From the NCBI RefSeq assembly GCF_000372725.1, contig NW_005201349.1:35268-99267 (forward strand): DNA of 64,000 bases. Reading direction: 5' to 3'. A model generated the notes under the pieces. The model saw only the letters and a list, made by a program, of their open reading frames with translations. It searched no databases and was not told where the DNA came from. A program made the position numbers and the translations under genes. The stretch comes from Emiliania huxleyi CCMP1516. Its lineage: Eukaryota. Below are positions 24,471-35,555 of this stretch, in pieces; within the stretch, counting starts at the first letter, position 1; every line of letters begins with the position of its first letter.

Positions 24471-24860
24471 CAGGTGGCGTTTATTTTTGCTTCGGCGGGT
24501 ATGCCGGGGTAGGTAGGGTCTGGGCCCTCCCGTCGGGGTTTTCCCTCTCTCACGCCGGAATTTTCACAGCAGAAAAGAATTTTCCGCGCAAATCACGATG
24601 TCAACCCTCCCCAAGTCGTTGATCTGGTGCTTGTAGGCTTGAGAGTGGCCTGCCATGTCACAGGAAGGACTGTGGTTGCAGGATAGTACCACCAGCCATC
24701 ACTTTAGTTGGTATAGTACCCCACCTTCACCGAGCGAGTGATTTCTTTTTTAGTTTCCCATAAGTAAGGTAGGTAGGTAGGTAGGGGCACCGCAGGGGCC
24801 GGTCAGGTTTTTCCAGAATTTCAGCATGATACCCGCCCAAGCAAAAATAAACGCCACCTG
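24471..24860. mobile_element. MITE, 390 bp, 32-bp TIRs, 7-bp TSD GTCACGT
   Basis: TIR CAGGTGGCGTTTATTTTTGCTT[C/G]GGCGGGTAT at 24471-24502 and 24829-24860; GTCACGT at 24464-24470 and 24861-24867. Confidence 0.92.
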
Positions 24861-25379
24861 GTCACGTTCCGATAACGATTGGGGTGGCAGTGGGGGCCCC
24901 AACTCGTGGTAGGCCACTAGTTTATCGTAGGGTACTCACGGATACCTCTCCTCACACATCGCATGCGGTCTTCACTCAGCCTCCGCTGCTGTGAACACCA
25001 AACTTGCACTGTTTTTTGTCAGCTGGTGGACGCTAGACTGTTGACAGATGATGACGACACGCACGAGCGACACACAGACACAAACAGGCTCACAAGACAC
25101 ACAGCCAGCTGGCTGCACCACACCCTGAGTTGGCGTACACATAACTCAAGGCCACATCCCCTAAAACATCCTCCCTGTCGCCCCCCCCAGCACTCCACGG
25201 TGCCACAAGAGAACAAACAAGGGCACATCAAACAACAGACGGCAGGAACCCTCCCTCCCTCAAAGAGAGGGGGGGGGGGGGGGGTGTTTTGATGCCGCAC
25301 TCCCCAAGGCGCAACGCGCAAGTCGGGGGCGATCTTCTCTCTCGAGGTCTCGGAAAGTTGGTCCGCCTGGCCCCACCAA

Positions 25380-27584
25380 ATGATCTTCTCTCTCTCTCTC
25401 AACATACTCGCGGCCGCAGCGATTCGGGGCGAGATGTTGTTCGGGCTGCTCGCGGGGCACGCCTCCGGCTCGGACGTCACCCAACTCGCCGACATTGGCC
25501 ATACCGACAGCGCATCCGGCACTCTCATCGACGCGGATTCCGCCCTCTCCGCCCTCGCCACCACCGTCCTCGAGAAGAGCCAGAGCGGGAGAGTGCATGA
25601 CGAGTTTAAGGCCGTCCTCTCCAAGATCTTGCCGGAGTTCGACTCTTGCTTCTTCGACTTCGACACCGGCCTCAACGACCATTTGCCGATGCCGCTCGTG
25701 CAGGGCTCGCTGGAGCGCCAGACTGACGAGGTGCAAGCTTGTCGGTCGCAGACGAACGCGGCGGAGGGCAGCATCGCATCGGCGCATGACTTCGGCGCCG
25801 TCTCCTTGCTCGTCGTCTGCGGCGCCATCTGCTTCCTTTTGCACGCGCACGCGTGCTTGGGAGCAGTTTCTGAGGGTATGCACACACGCAGCCGCCGCCG
25901 GCTCTGCTTTCTCCTGCTTCTCTCTCGGATCCAGGCCGTCGCGTCCGTGTCAGCCTTCGACTGCACGAACCACCCGAACCCGATGCAAATCGTCAAGAAA
26001 ACCGGCGACTATTCGCTCATTGAGCTGGACATCTCGACTGGTGTGTACTCGGATGTCCACACTGTCCAACTCGACACCGCCGTGGACGCGGGTGGTGCGA
26101 ATCCAAGCTTCGCAAACGCCTTCTTCATCAACCCGATCGACGACATCGCGTACGGCAAGTTCACTGATGGCAATAATCAGGACTTCTTCTGCCGCTTCGC
26201 AGCCAACCAGATCGCCGAGCCTATGGAGTGCCTCTGCGCCCTGTCGATCGTGGGGAAGGGGGGCACTAGAAGCGGCGGGGAGCTCAACTCGGCGACGATC
26301 GTCAACGACATCTACTACGTGGGGATGGGCACGAAGAACCTGCGGACGATCCCGAGCGTGAGTACCTGCTTCACGGACACCAGCTGCTTCGCGCCGGGCG
26401 CGCCGTCCCCTTTCACTCAGTGCCCGGGCGCTTGGATCTTCGGAAACCGGGACGACGGCTTCGGTGGAGCCACCACCTTGGCACTCGAGACCATCAATTT
26501 TGACGTCGGCGCACTCAACCTGAACATCGCCTCGCTCACCGCCCAGTTTGGCTGGAACGAGCTGGACTACTCCACCAACTCGCGCTACTTGACGAACAAC
26601 GTGTACACGTACGACTCGGTCACGGACAGCGTCTCCACCTTTCGGCCGTGCTGCGACAACGGCAACAACTACCTTGACATCAACCCGTACACTTTTGGGG
26701 GCACGACGTATCTGATCGGCCTGTCCACCGAGGATGGCAATGCCCTCATCGTCAAGCTCAGCCCGTCGGGCACCTCGGTCGACGGCTACGCGTACGCGCG
26801 CTCCCGCTTCGAGTGGTTCGGCGCCAGCTACAAGGCCACCGCCGGCAACGACAACTCACGGGGCTTCAAGGGCTTCGGTGCGGCGTTTCAGTACGGCGAC
26901 GACATGTACTACGCCGCCAACGGCGGGACTGGCGTCTTCAAGATGAACCGGCCCGTGCTGGAGGAGATGCTTGTCGCATGTGACTTCACGGCTGGTGGTC
27001 GCCAGTGCGGCATCACCGACGGGGACATGCTCAAGCTCCAGCGCGTCGCCGCCTCCGCTGGCACCGGCAACAACGACGGGCTGAACTGCGTGAATGTGGT
27101 GGACCCATTCCCGGATCTCCCGCCTGCTCCACCGTCGACACCGCCCCCCTCCGCCCCGCCTGCGCCGCCGCCGTCCGCGTCGCCGTCGCCGCCGCCGCCC
27201 ACGCCGCCGCCTCCCTCCGCCTCGCCGACGCCGCCCCCCCTCGGTGCGACCAACCCCCTCGCTCCCAACGCCTCGCGGCATCCCTTGCCTCACACTGCAG
27301 CACCCTCGCTCACCTCAGACGCACTGCCGACCTCTCTCCCCCCCGACGCCACAGATGAAGACGAGGATGACGACGACGTCGACGACGAGCCAACGGACGA
27401 TGACGGTGCGACCAACCCCCTCGCTCCCAACGCCTCGCGGCATCCCTTGCCTCACACTGCAGCACCCTCGCTCACCTCAGACGCACTGCCGACCTCTCTC
27501 CCCCCCGACGCCACAGATGACGACGACGACGACGACGACGACATGGGGGGCGATGACGAGGACGCAAAGTTCACCGCCGCGTAA
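25380..27584 (+). CDS. Probable secreted protein: signal-like N-terminus, beta-rich domain ending NNDGLNC, Pro-rich linker and Asp-rich tail; probable in-frame introns 25731-25934, 27244-27354 and 27406-27516
   Basis: 734-codon ORF with strong GC3 bias; NAFFINPIDDIAYG and NDGLNC recall DUF6923-type domains (not verified). Confidence 0.7.
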   Translation: MIFSLSLNILAAAAIRGEMLFGLLAGHASGSDVTQLADIGHTDSASGTLIDADSALSALATTVLEKSQSGRVHDEFKAVLSKILPEFDSCFFDFDTGLNDHLPMPLVQGSLERQTDEVQACRSQTNAAEGSIASAHDFGAVSLLVVCGAICFLLHAHACLGAVSEGMHTRSRRRLCFLLLLSRIQAVASVSAFDCTNHPNPMQIVKKTGDYSLIELDISTGVYSDVHTVQLDTAVDAGGANPSFANAFFINPIDDIAYGKFTDGNNQDFFCRFAANQIAEPMECLCALSIVGKGGTRSGGELNSATIVNDIYYVGMGTKNLRTIPSVSTCFTDTSCFAPGAPSPFTQCPGAWIFGNRDDGFGGATTLALETINFDVGALNLNIASLTAQFGWNELDYSTNSRYLTNNVYTYDSVTDSVSTFRPCCDNGNNYLDINPYTFGGTTYLIGLSTEDGNALIVKLSPSGTSVDGYAYARSRFEWFGASYKATAGNDNSRGFKGFGAAFQYGDDMYYAANGGTGVFKMNRPVLEEMLVACDFTAGGRQCGITDGDMLKLQRVAASAGTGNNDGLNCVNVVDPFPDLPPAPPSTPPPSAPPAPPPSASPSPPPPTPPPPSASPTPPPLGATNPLAPNASRHPLPHTAAPSLTSDALPTSLPPDATDEDEDDDDVDDEPTDDDGATNPLAPNASRHPLPHTAAPSLTSDALPTSLPPDATDDDDDDDDDMGGDDEDAKFTAA

Positions 27585-27630
27585 ATACGCGGTAGAAGCA
27601 AGAAGCGCAAGGGCGCTCTGCAAACCGCTA

Positions 27631-28064
27631 CCGTACGGTACCGAACTTAAGGTAAGGTAGCTTGAGTTAGGTTAGGTGCTTTGCACTGAGTTAGGTACGG
27701 GGTAGCGGCAGTTAGGTACTGGGATTTCTTTTTGGGTACCTGCGACGGGCCCCCTCGGCCCTCGCTGGTACGACGAGGGTGCGGCGAGTGAGGAGGAGGA
27801 GGAGGGGGGGGGGGGGGGGGACGAGGAGGAAGAAGAATAAGGCATCTAGTAGCGTAGGCACTCGTACTCGAGCGTGGTGCTCGTAGGTCGTAGCGTAGGA
27901 GGGAGCGATGCCTCAGAGTGGTGTGCCGGCCGCGTGGCCCGTGTGCCGGTCCGGCTGGACCGAGAGGTGGGTAGCAGGAGTTAGGTACATTACAACAGGA
28001 GTTCGGTAAGAGGAAAAGGGCTCCCTAACTCAAGCTACCTTACCTTAAGTTCGGTACCCTACGG
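27631..28064. mobile_element. Tc1/mariner-type MITE, 434 bp, about 41-bp TIRs, TA TSD
   Basis: CCGTA[C/G]GGTACCGAACTTAAGGTAAGGTAGCTTGAGTTAGG at 27631-27671 and inverted at 28024-28064; TA at 27629-27630 and 28065-28066. Confidence 0.88.
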
Positions 28065-28636
28065 TAGTGCAACGCGACCACGCCAGCAAGGCGCGCATGT
28101 AACTTGCAGATCGATTCCCCGACCAACTTGGTCCGGAGCCCCGCTGGTCGAAAGGTAAGAGCTGGACGGCATTGGGCCAATCCTTGAGTGGCGCTGAACA
28201 CTGACTGTGCGTGACCGGGGTGTCTTCCCCCATCTCTCGGTCCTTCCTTCTGTTCGCATCCCGATAGTTATGCGACGGGCGCGGGGCCCGACCTCCCCTC
28301 CTAGCCTTTTTTGGCTGCGGCCCCGCCGCCGTCTCGTCCTCTCTGCCTGATTCTGTTGACCCTGCCGACGGCGTGCCCGACTTCCCGGGCGAGGGCGGTG
28401 GCTATAGGGTCGCGTCGCTCCCCGCCCAGGGAGGTCGGGCCGGCTCTCCCTGGTCGACGAGTCGCGCCCGCATCCGCGGCCTCTCTATCGTCCTCGGCTC
28501 GCCCCTCCCCTCCGCTGGCCCCTCATCGGGGAGGCGTGGCCCTCCTTGTCGCAGATCTCGGTGGTCCGGCTGCCGCCGCGACGGGTCTACCCCTGGTGAG
28601 CTCGTATGTCCCGACCCTAAAGATGCAGTACATAAA

Positions 28637-29667
28637 TAAATAAACAAAACGGACACCTCTACTAGGAGATGGGTAAAAAGGAACAGGTCCCCGCCCTGCG
28701 GTCTTTGTGCAGGGTTCTTTGTGGGTGTGGTCGGCGACTAGCCGGGGTCGTCCTCCCATATGCGCGATGGGGGACTAGCACTAGCCGTCTTCCACATGGT
28801 CCCTCGGGTCCCTGCTGCTCCTAATCTCGTCGTACATCCTCCTGCTGATCTCCGCAACATCCTGCTCCCTCCCTCGTCTCGCCCTGCGCGTCTGCTCCGC
28901 CTCCCCGTCGCCCGCCCTGCGTCGTCTGGTGACGGGTCCTCCATAGTCGGTTGAGGTCGCCGCCCTCCTCGTGCCTCTTCCCAACGATCGTTCCCTCGGC
29001 GGCCGATGCCGTCTGCTCCGGCTCCCCAGTCCCCGGGTCTGCCCTGCTCTCGTCTGCGCTAGCTTCTGTTTCGTCATCACTGATGTCCGTCCTCTTCTTT
29101 CTCCTCTTGTTGTATGCTTTGTACATCGCGTCGATTCCTTTTCGCGTGAGCACCACCCTGAAGCCCGCCCAGCAGCTGAACCGCTCCCTAAGTCGAAGGA
29201 GCATCATCAGTCTCACCCACTTCGCTCGCTGCCCACTGTCTCCGCTCCCTCCCGTTTGGGCCGCCGTCGCGGCCCTCGTTCGTCCCACTGGCTGTTGGCC
29301 CGTCCCCACGTTACCTCTGTTATCCCTCCTCCTCCGCGACTCCCTCAAGGCTGGCCGGGCCTCCTTCCACCCAGCGAAGAGCTTCCTCAGCCACTCAATG
29401 TGTTCCTCTCTCTTCATTATGCGCGCGGTAGCCTCATCGTTGAGCTGGAAGGATCCACCTCTGCACCGCTCCCGTCGCCGCCTCGGCCACGACTTGCAAG
29501 TTCCTCGTGACCCCGGCGCCAAGGTCCCTCCGGCTCTTCTCCGAGAGGTCATCTACCAGTGCTGGCAACACCCTCCCGACGGCTGGGGCTAGTGCCTCGT
29601 ACCCGTCCTCATCCAGCACCCTATAGCGTGAGCCCTTCAGCGCAGCGACATGCGCTATCCTCAGCGT
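28637..29667 (-). mobile_element. 5'-truncated non-LTR retroposon with (TTTA)n tail and 17-bp TSD
   Basis: AAGATGCAGTACATAAA at 28620-28636 and 29668-29684; basic ORF remnant 28821..29552; second copy at about 43690-44182. Confidence 0.8.
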
Positions 29668-30103
29668 AAGATGCAGTACATAAACACTTCACACCGCACT
29701 AAATTTAGACCCAGGGCCCTCCGGTGCAGTTGCAGGCTGGGCAGCCGGTTTGCTAATGGGGCGGGGGGGAGGGGGGGGGGAGGGGGGGGGGGGCCTGTGC
29801 GCGGGGGCGGAGAAAAGTGTGTGGAGCCCAAGAGAGCAATTGTAATCCTGCGACACCGCGGGGCGGAAGTTCAGTGTTGAACAGTTCGACGCACGACGGC
29901 GGAAGCCGGAACAACCCCCAGCCCCACGGCGGCAGTGTGCGGCGGAGGAGGGCGAGGCTGCGAGGCGGCAAGGGCGCGGCGGGGCAGACATCGCGAGGAC
30001 CGAGGAAAAGAAATGCTGCCTCTAGCTGGGCAAACGCGGGGGGGGGGGGGGGTAAAAAATACGTCAGCGTGGACACTCGTTCGTCATTCGGTAAAGCCGT
30101 ACG

Positions 30104-31737
30104 CTACACGACTGAGCTTGGCTGGGGTGGTGCGAACAGTGGTTGGGCCCAGTGCACCACAGCCAGAACCGTGAGGAAAGATGCACAGCAGGGAAACTGG
30201 GCGTATTGCATCATCATGACCGCCATGCACAGATCGCCGGCACGAGCAACGAAGAGGAGCTCGCTAAACAGAAGTGTCGTCTGAAAGAGGGCCATCGTCA
30301 CAATCCTGAGCCGAAGAGAGAGCACCGTGGATGGCAACAATCCGAGCCACACGCCGAGGCATGAAGTAAAGAGGATGAGACCGCGTTGCCCGTGGGAGAG
30401 CAACTCCAGCCGAGTGTTGATCTCTGCTAACGAGGATGCGACTGCGACGTTCCGGAGCGCAAGCGCGGGTATTGCCACCATCAAAATGCAGCCTGCGCGG
30501 GCAGCCACTCGAGGACCAAAGACTACGGCCATCAGAACAAGAGGAACGACGCCTGCCAAGAAGAGTCTGATGGCCGGTACAGCACTCAACTCGGCGAGCA
30601 AGATGCCGACGACCGACATGACAGCCAGAAGGGCATGGGGCACGGACTTCATGAGCGTGGCGAACACGGTGCCGCTGACGGCGGCGGCGAGCGGCGCGGA
30701 AGCGGTCCGCGTGGCGGCCTGCACACACGCTTAAGGCACGATTAAGGCACGAGTTGAAGGCGCAGGGCAGTGTGATCAAGCGCGGAGTGTGGCCTTGTAC
30801 AGCGCATGAATGGAGGGGGGGGGGGGGGGAGCCTGTGTGGTCGCAGGTGTCTGATCTACCGCCGATTGCCTGCCTCTGCTCGCTCTTTGCCGGCGGGCGG
30901 GCCGTGCAGTCGGGCGGCGAGGCGGGCGGAGAGAGGAGCTCGTCGAAGAGCTCCTCCGCCCTCCGGCTCAGGTCGGCCCCCGCCCCAAAGTCAAAGTCGA
31001 GCTCCCAGCTCGCGGGCGGCGAAGACGCCGCCGACGAAGAGGCCTGGAAGGAAGGGGGCGCGAGCGGCGGCGGCGGCGGGGGAAGGCCCGACGAGTCGAG
31101 CGGCTGCGGCAGCTGCGGCGGCAGCGGCGGGTCCGACGTCAGCGGTGGCAGCGACTTGAGGAGCAGCGGCGGCAGGTTAGTCGGCTGCAGCGTGCGACCC
31201 ACCCGGAAGGCGATCAAGCTCCCGGCCGCGCAGGGCAGAGCGAGCAGGCCCGGAATGGTCGCGGTCGTCGGATCGCGCAGCAGCACCAGCTTTGGTCCGA
31301 CGGAGCTGCACAGCTGGTTGACGACGCGATGCGCTGGCCACAGGGGCGACGGCGCTCCACCCTCCGCCGTGTTCCAGACGCCGACCCCGTGCTGGTTGAA
31401 CGGCGCCGCCGAGCCCAGCGGGTCGTGGACGCGCACGCGCGAGGCGGGGATGAGAAGGCCGCCCCTCTGGCAGGCGGGACAGAATTTCTGCCGAAAGGCG
31501 GTAGATAGCGTTTCCACCTTTGCATGCATCCCGCCGCCGGCAATCTCTTGGCCCCAGCACGTCTCGGCGGACGGCTTTCGCTTTCGAGAGGGAGCAGGCG
31601 CAGGCGCGGGCGCGGGCGATGGTGCGGCCGACAGCGGCGAATACATGTTGTCGGTACTACGAGCCTCGCCGTTCAGGAGAAGCTCTCGCAGCTCCGCCGC
31701 CTCGCGCCTCTCGCGCATCTCGCGCTCGCTCGCCATG
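30104..31737 (-). CDS. Hypothetical protein: N-terminal RKRK and Cys motif (FRQKFCPAC), Pro-rich linker, C-terminal multi-pass TM exon
   Basis: ORF 30264..31805 N-terminal part plus ORF 30104..30724 with several hydrophobic helices; joining them needs an intron at about 30720-30890. Confidence 0.5.
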
Positions 31738-33511
31738 TCGATGTTGTGCGAACCCCCCACCTCGCTGTTCACAGCCCTGTTATTGAGAAGAAAATACGCT
31801 ATCATTGCTATGGCGCTGTGTGTGTGTGTTCTGTACGTACTTCTGACGTATTAGCCCCCCCCCCCCCCTTGTATTCCGTATCCTCCGAGCGAAAGCCATG
31901 CAGGACTGTCGAAGGGGGCGACTTGAGTCGAATCTCAACATACCGCTCTACGCTCAGAGAGGCCAGAGCGTGCGAGGCGGGTCACTTTGGGCTACGGCCC
32001 TCACTCCGAAATAGGTGCGGCGTGGTGCTGCGCTCGATACATGGCGACGCGAAGCGGCGGCGTGGTGCTGCGCTCGATACATGGTGACGCGAAGCGGCGG
32101 CGCGGCGCGGCGCGGCGGCGGGCGACGCTGGGCGGGGCGGCGTGACCACCTGCACTGACCGGGTCTCTGGCCATTGGAGCAGAGCAGTGGTCGCGTCGCC
32201 CATGTCCCGACCAACACCCCGACCGGCGACGACGGAATCTCCTCCGTGCCGGCGGCCCCGTCGGCGGCGGCGCCGATCGGATCGCGTCGCGCCGGCGGGG
32301 GTGGTGACTGAGCGGGCAATGGCTCCGCTGGCCGGCGCGGGGTCGCGCCAGCGGGGAACAGGTAAGTAAGGCGGCATCGACGCTGAACGGTCACGAAACC
32401 CACCCCACCACACTGAAAGACCACCGGCCAGTTGACGACACACTCCCAGGCGCCCGCCGATGAAGCTGGGAGGATGTATGGAGGAATGGTAACGACCTCT
32501 CCGGATTGGTTGATCCCCGGCATCGACGGCGGGAAGAGGGAGGATCCCCGCCCCATCCCCCAGTTCAATCCCCGAGAGGAGAGGCAGAGCCTCTGGCGCG
32601 GGGCGACCCCGTAAGCTCTCAAGGCCGACCCCCCCTCTTCCGTTCAGAATTTCACGTGGAAAAAAAAAACCCCCCCCCCCTTCGGAGGGGGCCGGGCGAG
32701 GTGTACCCCGAGGGCCCCGCTCTTTCCCGGCAGCGGCGCGCGCGCGCACACACAAAGACGCTGCCCCCCTCACACCCCGCACCGCACATCACACACCCCT
32801 CGTGGCCGTTCTTCAGTCTGCGGCCAGGGCGCGCTGCACCGGGCCAACCTGCGGCCGTCGCCACGTGCGGCGGGGCTCAACGCGGGGCAGCGCGCCGACG
32901 ACGTCGAATGCGCCGCCGTGGCATCGCGGCGCCGACGACCAGGCTCAGAGGATGACCCCGGGTAAGCGTTCCCGTGCCTCGACAATTGCCGCTGGTAGGC
33001 GCGCCGCGCCGAACCATGGCGGGCGCGCCGCGGCCGCGCGCAACCTTCGTCACAATGCCAACCGCGCGCGGCCGTCGACCGGCAAGCACACGCCTCGACT
33101 CGGACACAGTGTTCCGGGGGCAAGGGAGAGGGGCTGGCTCCTAGCCCGAGAGGAGAGCTTCCGAGACCCACTACAAGACCACGCACGCATCATCCCGCGG
33201 CCTGGCGGTCGGCGGGATTGCAACCAGTCTTCGCGTGCCGCCTGTCGTTCGACTCGGGCGCCTTGTGAGCGTCGGGGTGGCGAGCAGGGGACGCGGCTCT
33301 GAGCGCCCAGCGACGCGTGCCGGATGGAGTCCGGCCGCGGGTGACTAGGGAAGTTCGCTCAGGATGTGTGGCAGTCAGTTTGGCTGAGTGTCTTGTCTTG
33401 TGGTTCTGTGTGTCGCTCCTGTGTGACCGTCATCGCCCGTCCTGCGTCCACCCATACCGCGTTGGTGTCCCAGTCGTTGGTCGGACTGTGTTTCGCCTTC
33501 CCATCAATCAA

Positions 33512-33621
<110 letters not shown>

Positions 33622-33639
33622 ACTCACTCACTCACACAC

Positions 33640-33755
33640 TATGGCGCTGTGCGCTGGTCTGTGAGAGGTTGAGGTGCGAGCCCTGGAGGCCCTGGGGATG
33701 GGGGGGACTACCCGCGGGCTTAGAAGGCCCGCGCGCAGGGGGGTGGGGCATTGAG
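33640..33755 (+). repeat. Dispersed repeat family; longer inverted copy about 37886-38042, partial copy about 31765-31820
   Basis: atggcgctgtgcgctggtct..gagaggttgaggtgcgagccctggagg..ggggcattgaga is shared with 37886-38005; ctgttcacagcc.tgttattgagaagaaaat is shared between 31765 and about 38010-38042. Confidence 0.8.
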
Positions 33756-34305
33756 ACCGGTCATGAATGAGTGCGCGACACGCGTGTTGCGAGCAGCGTT
33801 GTTGATGTTTTGCGCATCGCCACTGACGGCGGCGCGCGAGAGCTGTTGCGAGTGGTGTTGGGCGATTCACACCGCAGCCGTCAGGGCGTTGGAGGAGGGC
33901 GTTTGAGATGCGGCGGCAGACCGGACACGTCCACTCGGCCTCGTCGAGCCGGCGGCCCTAGCGGCCCTCGTGACGCAGAGACCCGATGCAGCGGAGGCGC
34001 GGCCGAGGTGCAGCCGAGGTGCAGCGGAGATGCAGGTTGCAGCGCGGAGCCGAGATGAGAGCCGGGGTGTAGCCGAGGTGCGGGCGAGGGCGAGGTGGGG
34101 GCGAGGTGCGGGCGAGGTGCGGGCGAGGTGCGGGCGAGGTAAAGAGTTTTAGAGCTAAAGAGGCACGGGCGAGGTAGAGGCACGCCTCGTGCACAGCGTG
34201 GCCGCACGAGCGGAAGTGTCTAGGAAGTGTCTAGGAAGGGTCGAAGTTTCTCCAACAAACCCGAGCCTCAGGGCACCGCGAACCCAAACCTGCGGGTCCG
34301 CCCCC

Positions 34306-34878
34306 CGTGGGCGGCGTGGCGGGCGGGCGGCTGTCTCTGCCGCCCTGCCTCCTCCTCGAGTGAGCCTCGTCTCGCTCTTCGTCTACTCGAGCCTCGTCTC
34401 GTGTGCCGCCTCGTGGGCGGCGTGGCGGGCGGAGCTGTCTCTGCCGCCGCCTCGTGTGAGCCTCGTCTCGCTCTTCGTCTACTCGAGCCTCGTCTCGTGT
34501 GCCGCCTCGTGGGCGGCGTGGCGTGGCGGGCGGCTGTCTCTGCCGCCGCCTCGAGTGAGCCTCGTCTCGCTCTTCGTCTACTCGAGCCTCGTCTCGTGTG
34601 CCGCCTCTTGGACGGCGTGGCGTGGCGGGCTGCTGTCGCTGCCGCCGCCTCGAGTGAGCCTCGTCTCGCTCTTCGTCTACTCGAGCCTCGTCTCGTGTGC
34701 CGCCTCGTGGGCGGCGTGGCGGGCGGCTGTCTCTGCCGCCGCCTCGTGTGAGCCTCGTCTCGCTCTTCGTCTACTCGAGCCTCGTCTCGTGTGCCGCCTC
34801 GTGGGGGGCGTTGCGTGGCGGGCGGCTGTCTCTGCCGCCGCCTCGTGTGAGCCTCGTCTCGCTCTTCGTCTATCGAGC
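34306..34878 (+). repeat. Minisatellite, about 6 copies of a roughly 95-bp unit
   Basis: gtgagcctcgtctcgctcttcgtctactcgagcctcgtctcgtgtgccgcctcgtgggcggcgtggcg recurs in tandem. Confidence 0.95.
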
Positions 34879-35555
34879 CCGGAGGAGATGTACAATATGC
34901 ATGGCGATCGCTTCCGCAAGACCATCTGCCCGAACGTCGTTCCTTCCCCCTTCATCGCCTGCGGAGAGGACATCTGGCAGGCCGAGCCCCTCGAGGTGAA
35001 TGGGGGAAAGGTGGAGGAGGTGATGAAAAGTTCGCGGCGAGGAGAGGTCGACGCCGCCTTCCGCAAGAAGGCCCTCGAGCTCCTCGACAACACGGTGCGC
35101 CCTCACTCACACGACCCTCGGCCGTGCCCTCGGCCGTCGGACCACGCCCACTTGAGCACTCGAGCACTTGAGCACTGGATAGGGTCGATTCCGCATATGG
35201 CGTACACGGGACCCCTCGATCGTCCCACTGAGCACTGTGCGGGTTTGAGTGCACGCACGCGGTGATCGGTGTTCGGCGATGTGGTGGGCTCCTTGCTTGT
35301 TTGTGGTGAGAGGAGAGACGTCGCAGGGCAAGCCTACCTTTGTTTTCCGGCACTTGAAAGGTCTGATCGAACAAAACAAGCCTGTCCGTCTCCGTCTCTC
35401 GCTCTGATCAAGACAACCCTTCACGACTCGTCACGACACGAGCTAAGGTGGCATTCTCACACCCTACTTTCGACGTCGCTCTCGAGCCTGCGCGCACAGG
35501 GTTGGCGCCTGGCCGCATTGGCATGCTGGGTCGATCTCAAGGGGCAACTGCCCTC

